From positions 32,001 to 96,000 of the IMG/VR virus record IMGVR_UViG_3300042309_002578: 64,000 bases of DNA; one strand, given 5' to 3'. Both the position numbers and the translations under genes were made by a program. The first letter of the stretch is position 1. Each line of letters opens with the position of its first letter. Origin of the DNA: a virus. Below, piece after piece: positions 9,966 through 18,927 of this stretch. Below the pieces are notes generated by a model that made no database searches, was not told the DNA's origin, and worked only from the letters and a program-made list of their open reading frames with translations.

Positions 9966-10860
9966 ATTTGTACTCACACCACGTCAACGCCCAGCACCAT
10001 CGGTAAAAAAGCCCGACGGATGCCACCCTTGGCGACAAAAACATATTGTAATCCCCGCACAGCAAGGGTTTCGTGTTTTTGGCAATATTCCCCCGCAGCC
10101 GTCCCCCAAGCCGCAAACCAACCATTTGCACCAACGCCCTAACAACGCCCGTGCCACCAGCTAAAAACCTAAAATCTGCCCAGTCTTGGCGATAAAAACA
10201 TATTGCAATATCCGCACAGCAAGGGTTTTGTGTTTTTAGCGATCGCTCCCCCGCAGCCGTCCCCCAAGCCGCAAACCAACCATTTGCACCAATGCCCTAA
10301 CAACGCCCGTGCCACCAGCTAAAAACCTAAAATCTGTCCAGCCTTGGCGACAAAAAACATATTGCAATATCCGCACAGCAAGGGTTTTGTGTTTTTAGCG
10401 ATCGCTCCCCCGCAGCCGTCCTCAAAGTCATAAACCAACCATTTGCACCAACACCCTGACAACGCCCGTGCCACCAGCTAAAAACCTAAAATCTGTCCAG
10501 CCTTGGCGACAAAAAACATATTGCAATATCCGCACAGCAAGGGTTTTGTGTTTTGGCAATATTCCCCCGCAGCCGTCTCCAAACCGGCAAAACAGACATT
10601 CGTTCTCAGCCTGGACTAACGTCGATAAAATCAAAATCTTGTAACACGCCTCAAACCCGCATTCTCTCGTTAAAAAATCTGTGGCGGATTATAACATAAG
10701 GTGTGTCAAAAGTAAAGGGAAGATACAAAGAAAAAAGGGCAGTTTCCTATAAGAAAGTGATCATCTTCCCAATTTTATTTTTGATTAAAATCAAAAAATT
10801 ATGCAAGTACGCACCTATATCCAAAATTTCTGTAATACGTTTGTAATATAAAAATAAATC
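9966..10860. repeat. Repeat-array element copy A: ~4 units of 157-159 bp plus conserved leader
   Basis: CATATTG anchors at 10042, 10199, 10358, 10517; leader ~10575-10860 nearly identical to copies C and F. Confidence 0.95.
10688..10716 (-). promoter_or_regulatory. Sigma70-type promoter in leader pointing into the repeat array
   Basis: Minus strand TTTACT-17-TATAAT with TG extension; equivalents at 12488-12517, 22159-22187, 40446-40474(+), 49630-49658, 61600-61629. Confidence 0.7.
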
Positions 10861-10870
10861 AAAAATGCGC

Positions 10871-10899
10871 TTGACTTTATTTGTTAACCATAGTAATAT
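10871..10899 (+). promoter_or_regulatory. Conserved phage promoter family TTGACTTTnTTTGTTRRCCRYAGTAWTAT
   Basis: TTGACT-17-TAATAT with GTTAACC in spacer; at least 13 related copies precede small-gene clusters. Confidence 0.8.
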
Positions 10900-11520
10900 A
10901 TATTCAGTAAAGAAAAACAAAATACAAAACAAGCGAGAAAAAGATGACTAAGCCATTTGCAAATCTGGAAACCACCGAAAAGAACCACACTGCCGAGTAT
11001 GGAATCCGAATTAAATCTATAGTAATGTGGGAAATAAGGACGGAAATTTTGTTTGTGTATGTAGCTGGAGTTGCAGAACCAGTAGCTTTTTATGTTAACG
11101 AGTCTGTCGAGCTAATAGCCGAACTTAGGAAACAAAGCGAAGACTTTAGACCTCAAAAGTAGGCAGCAATTAAGCAATACAATAACTAATGAGTTACTGT
11201 ATTGCTTACTAAACAAAGAGATAAATACTCAAACCAAAAAACAAACAAAAATGGAACTAATTTCAATCAAAAGAAAAAGCCCAACTAATGATTTTGTTTC
11301 CGATTTATTAGACTGCTTGAATGGCTACACGCCATTTACATTTTATGCTGCTAATGATCAATGCGTTAAGCAAGGAATGAATCAGCTTGGTTTCCAGAAT
11401 TTATTAAAGAGAGCAATTCCGTTTTTGTTCCATACGAAGCTGGGACTGGCAAGTATGACGATTTCTTCTGGTCTGATTGGAAATAAAAACAGCGGTTAAA
11501 TTTATTTTTTAGCCGTAGCA

Positions 11521-12000
11521 TTGCACAAACATAATAAAAACCCCAAACCAAAAATGAAACTAACAAAGCTAACAGCCTACGAATTGAGAGAATTAATAAG
11601 TCTTTTTGATTCCCTAGAAAGACATCCCGAAAACAAGAATACTGTAACCACAGGAGAGCATTTGCTTGAAAAAATAATTAAAAACACGCCATCTTTCGAC
11701 ATTCATGTTACTGACAACAATAAAGTGATACAAAATTATGACACCCTGCTTTGGGTGTACGAGGTTTTATTAACTAAAAACCCCTATTGTTACAGTCCAA
11801 TTTTTAATAGCATTTGTGATTCTGATCAATCAGTTCCTTTGTCGGTAATATACGATGATAGTAAGTTATTTAACTATCTGCGCTACTATCCAGAATATTT
11901 GAGCGAACTAAGAAAAGTTCAAAAAAATATTCACAAGCACGGCATACCCATTCATTTCATAGGAGATGAATCTATAGAATTTTATCTGAAAAACAGATAA
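11521..12000 (+). CDS. Hypothetical protein (likely start 11554)
   Basis: ORF with A/C-rich leader typical of this genome. Confidence 0.55.
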   Translation: MHKHNKNPKPKMKLTKLTAYELRELISLFDSLERHPENKNTVTTGEHLLEKIIKNTPSFDIHVTDNNKVIQNYDTLLWVYEVLLTKNPYCYSPIFNSICDSDQSVPLSVIYDDSKLFNYLRYYPEYLSELRKVQKNIHKHGIPIHFIGDESIEFYLKNR

Positions 12001-12144
12001 AATAAAGTTTGGTTTAAAACATAAAATAATCAACTATCACACGCTACTTTTGTGTTTATAGTTGACAAACTTTAAACACAAAAAACAAGCAAAATGAAAT
12101 TATCAAAACAACAAACAAAGCTGCATTCACAGGCAGAAGTTGGG

Positions 12145-12670
12145 GTTTTTTGTCGGTAGAACATATTGCAATCTAGCCACAGCAAGGCTTTTGTGTTTTA
12201 GCGATATTTCCCCCGCAGCCGCACCAAAATTATAAAACGAGCATTTGTACTCACACCACGTCAACGCCCAGCACCATCGGCAAAAAAGCCCGACGGATGC
12301 CCAGTCTTGTTACAAAAACATATTGTAATCCCCACATAACAAGGCTTCTGTCTTTGGGTCGGCTGCGGGGAGACATTCCCAAAATCATAAAGCGGATATT
12401 CGTTCCCAGTTTTGGATAATGCCCCATAAAACTAAAATCTTGTAACACGCCTCAAACCCCTATTTTACTGTTAAAAATTTGGGGCGGATTATATCATAGT
12501 GAGCGTACCAAAGTCAAGGGAAGATGTGAAATAAAAATGGCATTTCCTTAAAGAAACAATGCACATCTTCCCAAATATTTTTTCCTTTTTTATAAAAATA
12601 TTATGCAAGTACGCACCTAGATAAAAAACCTGTAATACGCCTGTAATATACAAAATGATTTTCAAATACC
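12145..12670. repeat. Repeat-array element copy B: ~2 diverged units plus leader
   Basis: Anchors at 12162 and 12319; leader with GGGAAGAT...ATCTTCCC; followed by promoter at 12673. Confidence 0.9.
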
Positions 12671-12743
12671 GCTTGACTTTATTTGTTAACCACAGTATTA
12701 TAAGTGAAGTAGAAAAAACAAAACACAAAACAAGCGAGAAAAA

Positions 12744-13133
12744 ATGACAATCAATAAATACTATTTTAATAGACAGCGAGTTGAATCCGCGTTGGCGGAT
12801 CTTGAACGGAATAAAAACCTCAAACTAGAGCAAGCCCGATTAAATGGGTGGGAAGTGGAGGTTTTGTCCAAGTGTGGACTGACGACTTGGAGGAAGAAGT
12901 TTGGGTTCTTCGTCCTGTCACAAGACATGGTTGGGCAAAAAGGATTGTCCACGTTCGACATTCCAGATCGAACGTGGGTGATCAACACGAATTTCAGGGA
13001 TCTATCTGATCTAGAAAGAGATGGATGGATTTCATCGGAAAAAGAAGCTGCGCTTCAATCTGCACTTCTTAGACCAGCAAGACGAACCACCTATCAATCT
13101 GCACTTCTTAGACCAGCAAGACGAACCACCTAG
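12744..13133 (+). CDS. Hypothetical protein with 39-bp C-terminal duplication
   Basis: Follows promoter at 12673; QSALLRPARRTT occurs twice. Confidence 0.6.
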   Translation: MTINKYYFNRQRVESALADLERNKNLKLEQARLNGWEVEVLSKCGLTTWRKKFGFFVLSQDMVGQKGLSTFDIPDRTWVINTNFRDLSDLERDGWISSEKEAALQSALLRPARRTTYQSALLRPARRTT

Positions 13134-13557
13134 TTCAGAAAGACTCGTTGTTACGACGGGTCTTTTTTTGTGCTTATAGGCGATCGCCTATAAGCACCCC
13201 ACGTGACGAATTAAAAATGTACTTTAGAGATGCATTTAGAGGGTATTGCTTCCAAGAGAGCCTTTTTTCAAATTTAGAGGAACGCCCTATTTTTTATGAA
13301 ACGCTACCAAAAAAGAAACATTTTTTGAAACCTTGGTAAGCATCGCACTTTTAGCCGCATAATAAAAAACAATCTATTGAAGCTAGAAGCACACAAAGTT
13401 TAACCCCAAGCTAAAATAATTTTTATCCGCAAAACAGCCTTGTAGAATTTAGTAATTTCTTTTTAAAATTGGTAAAATATTTTAAAAAATGACTTGCTTT
13501 TATTTCTAAAAAATAGTATATTATATATAGACAATAAAACATTAAAAACGCAAAACA

Positions 13558-14286
13558 ATGGCAACTAAAACCGCAAAAACAAATCCGCTCTGGGAGCAAA
13601 TCTACACCAGACAAGAAGGTATTGATTTAGGACTGGACCCGGATAATCTAGAATTTTTAGTTAAAAGAATTGCTGAAGAAATCCAGCAAAATGTAGATCC
13701 TGAATTTGTTGTTACAGGTAATGTGGTTCTCACTCAGTGCGGGAAATCTGAAATTGCTTTTACCACGACACAACAAGGGTTTCGTGTTTTTAAAAAGTAT
13801 GTTTTTGAGCTTTCAATCCCATCGTTTACAACAGATGGCGATGTTACAGTTACTATTTCCCCAGAAGAAAAACTTCCCTGCGGAAGACTGTTGACAGATT
13901 ACATCGACAAGGGCGCAGACAAAAAGCGGAAAGTTAAAACGATCAAGATTGCATTAGGCAGGGGCGAGAAAGTGATCGCATCCGCAATCTATAAATATTT
14001 CCCCGAATACGCTGACCTCTATGACGAGTCAAAAACCGAAAGAGATAGAGTTTGGGCAAAAATTGAGAAAGTAAAATCGGTGATTGAGTCCTTGGCAATT
14101 GCAGCCAACGCGGATGTTTCTGGCGACGGGATGTCATTTGAAATTGACACTGAAAACGCCATGAGAAAAGGGTCTGTCAACGTTGTCTCAACTGAAACTG
14201 GACAGTTCAAGTTGGAGTTCTTCACGGACAAACCCGACGATCTATCAAGAGCGATCGCGTTTTTAACTGGTAATACCTTAGAGTAA
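13558..14286 (+). CDS. Hypothetical protein
   Basis: 242-aa ORF with upstream promoter-like sequence and downstream hairpin. Confidence 0.7.
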   Translation: MATKTAKTNPLWEQIYTRQEGIDLGLDPDNLEFLVKRIAEEIQQNVDPEFVVTGNVVLTQCGKSEIAFTTTQQGFRVFKKYVFELSIPSFTTDGDVTVTISPEEKLPCGRLLTDYIDKGADKKRKVKTIKIALGRGEKVIASAIYKYFPEYADLYDESKTERDRVWAKIEKVKSVIESLAIAANADVSGDGMSFEIDTENAMRKGSVNVVSTETGQFKLEFFTDKPDDLSRAIAFLTGNTLE

Positions 14287-14375
14287 AAACGCCTCAATAA
14301 TAGTAAAACGTATCATCGTGCTATTATTGAGGCACTACTTTGCAATTGGTAAATAATGACACTTATTAAAAACGG

Positions 14376-14813
14376 ATGTCATTATTTTTTTACTATAAAA
14401 TAAAATTTGTTGGTGAGAATATGGACAACACAAAATACAGTCAGTTACTGGCAGAGAGTGCGCCCCAAGTAATCGAAACCGAGGAAGAATACGAAAGGCT
14501 ACTAAAAATAGCCGAGAGACTTGTATTCAAAAATGATTTAACACCCGAAGAAAGGGCGTTAAGCAAGTTAGTAGTTTTTCTTGTTGAGGATTATGAGACA
14601 AAAAACTATCCAATGGACGACGAATCAACTCCCCAAGCAATCCTAAAGCACATCATGGATTCTAGTGGGAATAGTCAAGCAGATTTGGCGAGAATCACTG
14701 GTTCTAGCAGTGGAGTAATTTCAGAAATATTAAGCGGTAAGCGCGACATCTCCAAAAAACAAGCAAAGGCTCTGTCCGCACACTTTAAGGTTGATCCTAG
14801 TCTGTTTATCTAG
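14376..14813 (+). CDS. higA: HigA-like XRE/HTH antitoxin (likely start 14421)
   Basis: PQVIETEEEYE...LVEDYE...SQADLARITG.SSGVISEILSGKRDISKKQAKALSAHFKV matches cyanobacterial HigA-type proteins. Confidence 0.8.
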   Translation: MSLFFYYKIKFVGENMDNTKYSQLLAESAPQVIETEEEYERLLKIAERLVFKNDLTPEERALSKLVVFLVEDYETKNYPMDDESTPQAILKHIMDSSGNSQADLARITGSSSGVISEILSGKRDISKKQAKALSAHFKVDPSLFI

Positions 14814-14905
14814 CATACCAGACTCTGCTTTTATATAAGAATCATTAAAATTTCACAATATACATGATATATTAAATTATCAAACATTAATGTAGGGTAA
14901 ATATT

Positions 14906-15340
14906 GTGAAACGAGAAACAACAAATGCGCGAGGGAGCAAAAAGCAGGAACACTTTAAATATAGCGAGAATTGGCACTCGAAGGTAAAGCACACAACTAA
15001 AATGCAGCCGCTTTGCACTAATAACCCTTTTCATGGGGATGCACAGATAGTTCACCATCTCCATTACAGGCGATCGCTATTAAGGAGAACGCTGGGGTTG
15101 TTGCTGCTGAACTTGCCAGTGAAATCAATTTCTGGTTTTGAGATTCCAGGGTTTGATATTGTTCCCATTTGCAAAGAGTGTCATCAAAATAGTTATGGAA
15201 CTAGCAAAAGCCGCAGGTCATTGCATTATCATAAAATCTGGATACAGCGCGGGGGAATTGATAATCATCAACATTGGTTTACTGCTTGGCGATTAAGAAT
15301 AAATTATCTTATTCTGTTTTTGTGGGGGATTGTATTTTGA
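14906..15340 (+). CDS. HNH-endonuclease-like protein
   Basis: VHHLHY...DIVPICKECH beta-beta-alpha-Me/Zn motif. Confidence 0.6.
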   Translation: MKRETTNARGSKKQEHFKYSENWHSKVKHTTKMQPLCTNNPFHGDAQIVHHLHYRRSLLRRTLGLLLLNLPVKSISGFEIPGFDIVPICKECHQNSYGTSKSRRSLHYHKIWIQRGGIDNHQHWFTAWRLRINYLILFLWGIVF

Positions 15341-15406
15341 TGCAAATATAGAATTAGATGCATACTATTAAAATTAAGGCGAGATAGTTAATTTAATTGT
15401 TCATGT

Positions 15407-15916
15407 ATGTCAACTCCAAATTTTCAAATCAAAGGCGAAGACGGCAAAAATTACTGGATATCCCGCAGCGTAGCGGTGGTGGTTATCCCATTGTTTAAGT
15501 GCGAAGGGTTGACCTATGTGCCACTCGGTAAACGCTCAAAAGAATTAAATTTATATCCAGAACACTGGGGTATTCCTTGCGGTTTTCTAGATTGGGGCGA
15601 GTCTGCTTATGAAGCTGCTGAAAGAGAGGTTCTTGAGGAATTAGGCATAAAATTGTCTGATTTTTGTTTCAATAGAAATCCTCAGCCAGATGCGGTTATG
15701 TCTGACCCCAATCCGAGCGAAAACGAGACGGTATCGCTGCGATTTATTGTTAATTGCAAGGTAGAAGAACTCCCAGAACTAAAAACTAGCTCTGAGGTCA
15801 CAGAAGTTAAGTGGATGGAAGTAACTAGGAATGGATGGAAGCAGGAAAAACTCGCGTTTAATCACACCGATATTATTGACTGGGCTTTGTGCCGCAGCCA
15901 TATTGATGGCTTCTAA
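15407..15916 (+). CDS. Nudix hydrolase
   Basis: Nudix box GFLDWGESAYEAAEREVLEELG. Confidence 0.9.
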   Translation: MSTPNFQIKGEDGKNYWISRSVAVVVIPLFKCEGLTYVPLGKRSKELNLYPEHWGIPCGFLDWGESAYEAAEREVLEELGIKLSDFCFNRNPQPDAVMSDPNPSENETVSLRFIVNCKVEELPELKTSSEVTEVKWMEVTRNGWKQEKLAFNHTDIIDWALCRSHIDGF

Positions 15917-16046
15917 AAATTTGATTTAGCCGTGAATCTGTGGATTTAGCTTAAAGATCCACAGAAAAAATTAAAAAAATGTAGTTGACTTTCTTTGTTA
16001 ACCATAGTATTATACAAGAATAAAGAAAAAACAAAAATCAACTAAC

Positions 16047-16298
16047 ATGGCAGACATTAAAAAACTAAAACCAGGACAGCTTGTTTACAGCGTCGAAACT
16101 CAAAAACTTGGAAACACTGAATTAAGTATTCGCGCATTATACAGAGTCAGGATATTAGAAGTCAACCTTGAAATAGGTTTCGTGATAGCATCCTGGAACA
16201 GTAATCCTCGACAAAAATTCTACGAAACCAGCATCAAAAAATGGAAAACAGAAAGACCAGAACCAAAAAAGAAGGTTATGGGACTGGATAGTTATTAG
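16047..16298 (+). CDS. Hypothetical protein
   Basis: Directly after conserved promoter at 15985. Confidence 0.6.
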   Translation: MADIKKLKPGQLVYSVETQKLGNTELSIRALYRVRILEVNLEIGFVIASWNSNPRQKFYETSIKKWKTERPEPKKKVMGLDSY

Positions 16299-16645
16299 TC
16301 TGCAAAGCCAATGGTTCACTATAAAAAATCAACAAGAAGGAGAAAACAAAAGGGCTAAAATTGTAAGAACGGAATTTGTGTCTGTTTGGGGTAGAGATGA
16401 GGAAGTCCTAGTTTCTGAATTGCCACCCCAAACCCAAGAGGCTATAAAGCGGTCTGACGACTTTTGGACACAGATGAATACCTTAGAAGAAGCCGGAGAC
16501 ACTGAGGGGATTCACAACCTTTGTGAATCACATTCTGCTAATCAGTAAACTTTTTTTTTGATGGTTTTTAGTCTTCAAGACTTGGGGATTTCTCAGATGT
16601 CCCAAACATAAGTCAGACATACAGAACTTTAGTGATTAAATTTAT

Positions 16646-17248
16646 GTGCAAATAACAAAAAATATGAACACAAAAACAGAAATCAAAAATCAAAGATGGA
16701 TTGATTTTTCTTTGAGAATGGCTAAAACCTGTTATCGCCACTCACAAAGACCGTCCTTAGAGTGGATAATTAGCAGCATCAACGCTGTTTTTGAAACCAT
16801 CCACGATGACTTGAGCCTCTACGAATCCTGGGATAATGTTTTGCCATATTCCCCGAACGATAAAATATACACATGGAAGAGGTATAACAAAGATAAGCCA
16901 GAATACCCCGTTTATCTCTCCACAGTATTGAGTGAATGTATTGAGCAGGACATATATTGGAGTCCATACGAACACGCCAACAGAAGCCAGAAAAAGGTTA
17001 TAGATAAATACGGAGACTCTATGAGCGAGGAGGAGTATGACAGCCTCAAAGAAAGGATAGTGTCGGATTGGTCAAGTCCAGTTCATTGTTGCATAAGAGC
17101 GGGGATAGATGCAGCAAAAGGTGGTAGCTTTGGTGTTATTGGGTTTACATTTAGAAACATTCTAGATATGTATCCAGAGGGCTTGCCTGATTGGATAAAA
17201 GAAAATTTAGTAGAGGGGTTAAAACCCAAGGATTTTATTCTTTTGTAA
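16646..17248 (+). CDS. Hypothetical protein
   Basis: 200-aa ORF followed by a hairpin. Confidence 0.6.
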   Translation: MQITKNMNTKTEIKNQRWIDFSLRMAKTCYRHSQRPSLEWIISSINAVFETIHDDLSLYESWDNVLPYSPNDKIYTWKRYNKDKPEYPVYLSTVLSECIEQDIYWSPYEHANRSQKKVIDKYGDSMSEEEYDSLKERIVSDWSSPVHCCIRAGIDAAKGGSFGVIGFTFRNILDMYPEGLPDWIKENLVEGLKPKDFILL

Positions 17249-17620
17249 TTTACATCAATCAACGCAGTTTATATTTGCTATATTTTTATGTAAATACCCG
17301 CTATATTTAATTAAATGTAGCGCGTATTTACATTGACTAAATATACCATTCAATAGGCTCGTATCCTATTTTGCTAACGATATCAAATGAGTTTTTGTTG
17401 ATTACTACCCAAGGCAGATTCAGTATTTCACAATCCTCGGTATATCGCTATTCTCCTTGTGCGCGATCGCTTTCTGGAATAATCTTCTTGGCTAATGAAG
17501 TGCCGTAAATGCACTCTAGCTTCTCTCGAAGATAGCTTTCGTTGTAGCCAAAAAATACTAGGTTTTGCCCACAATGAATATTGGCTTTCGTGAAGTCAAT
17601 ACCTTGGTCTAGGGTTATCT

Positions 17621-17932
17621 TATGATCTTGAGGTTGATGAGTGGGATAACTTTGCTTTAGCTGCTGGTATCATTGTTCATAATTCTAAAGACATCTGTGA
17701 TGCAGTAGCGGTGGTAGCCTGGCACTTAATGAGCGACTTAAGCGCAGCTATACCTGGCACAGCTATAAGAACTGAGAGTAGAGAGGCTAGAATGAGTCCA
17801 GGTGATGCTAACTCTGATATAGCTTTTGGAGGAGCTGGGCGTGAACTAGCTGCACAGATAAAGACAGCTTATAAAGGCTGGGGTACTAGTAGAAATGATG
17901 GTGGAAGCTGGAGTGGAGATGATTACTTCTAG
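17621..17932 (+). pseudogene. Fragment: intein C-terminus plus C-extein resembling terminase large subunit C-terminus
   Basis: Frame reads YDLEVDEWDNFALAAGIIVHN/SKDICDAVAVVAWHL. Intein blocks F/G with HN and +1 Ser, then an SKDxxDA nuclease-like motif. No start codon; in-frame stop at 17591. Confidence 0.75.
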
Positions 17933-18108
17933 TCTAGTTTTAGGGTGTTTAAGTCCCCTCTAACTGATCCACGTCGTATGAACTTTCTCACAACAATATT
18001 GTCTTTGTTAGTTTCCAAGAACTCTGCCAGGTAGTCAATATCAATTCTGGCAACGCTACCATCTTTGAGATGTACAGTTCCTTTAATGGTTTCTTCTTGT
18101 TCTTGCAT
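17929..18108 (-). CDS. Small hypothetical protein (59 aa)
   Basis: MQEQEETIKGTVHLKDGSVARIDIDYLAEFLE...; below the ORF-track cutoff. Confidence 0.45.
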   Translation of the reverse strand: MQEQEETIKGTVHLKDGSVARIDIDYLAEFLETNKDNIVVRKFIRRGSVRGDLNTLKLD

Positions 18109-18130
18109 TAATACCAGCCTAGGTTTAAAA

Positions 18131-18204
18131 CTCCCCCGGCACGACTCGAACGTGCGGCATCGAAATTAACAGTTTCGCGCTCTAACCAACTGAGCTACAG
18201 GGGA
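18131..18204 (-). tRNA. tRNA-Asn(GTT)
   Basis: Full cloverleaf TCCCCTG/CGGGGGA, anticodon arm CGAAA-CTGTTAA-TTTCG, T loop TTCGAGT; no encoded CCA. Confidence 0.92.
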
Positions 18205-18225
18205 ATGACTTCTAGCTAACTAGAA

Positions 18226-18296
18226 CGAGGCTAGGGAGGATCGAACTCCCAACTTAAGATCGACAATCTTAGGGTTTACCATTAACCTATAGCCCC
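18226..18296 (-). tRNA. tRNA-Asp(GTC)
   Basis: GGGGCTA/TAGCCTC acceptor, TAAGA-TTGTCGA-TCTTA anticodon arm, TTCGATC T loop. Confidence 0.85.
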
Positions 18297-18480
18297 TGTG
18301 CTTTCCCTTACACCACAAAGGATGCTAACGTTAAACTCCTAGTTGTTCAGGCATTGCTGCTAGGGTGAGAAAACTACCGGGCTTTATTCTGTTCACAGCT
18401 TTGCCATTCTGTGTCTACATTGGCTGCTGGCATGGAGCCACACAACTTCAGTGTAGTGCTGTTTTTCGTTATACGAGAAG

Positions 18481-18552
18481 TATCCCTGGAGAGGATCGAA
18501 CTCTCTTTGCTAGGATGAAAACCTAGTGAACTACCCAATGTTCGACAGGGAC
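18481..18552 (-). tRNA. tRNA-Glu(TTC)
   Basis: GTCCCTG/CAGGGAT acceptor, CTAGG-TTTTCAT-CCTAG anticodon arm, TTCGATC T loop. Confidence 0.85.
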
Positions 18553-18717
18553 TTGTTGGCAGTAGAGAGAAGGTCAAGTGTATACCCTCTCGCTCCCTCC
18601 ACTAAAACTAGTGTAGCACAACTTTAACGAACTGTCAACTTGATTGAGAAAGTTTTAGACTAGCTTTGCCCCAACTAGCCTAAAACGTATAACCTTCAAG
18701 GAGCATTTATGGGCAAT

Positions 18718-18814
18718 TAGTAGGGTTAGGAGTCGAACCTAACTTTCCTTGTGCCACCGCACTGTTCACGTCTAAACAGCACTAGACAAGAGCGTCTCCG
18801 ATCTGCCACCTACC
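18718..18814 (-). ncRNA. tRNA-like RNA with elongated anticodon arm
   Basis: GGTAGG/CCTACT acceptor-like stem, T arm TTAGG-TTCGACT-CCTAA, CTTGT/ACAAG stem enclosing 33 nt. Confidence 0.6.
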
Positions 18815-18927
18815 AACCAGCTTACCTTTATACTGGGCGCATATACTCTCAGCGCGGACTATCCGTTCTGCTTAAAGCAAGGCGTTTTGCGGTCCCTTAG
18901 TCTTATTATAACTTAGTTGTTAAAAAC

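Noticed and set aside
17621-17683. Functional split intein C-fragment
   Set aside because: No in-frame start codon after the stop at 17591 and no N-intein partner seen; a truncation is simpler.
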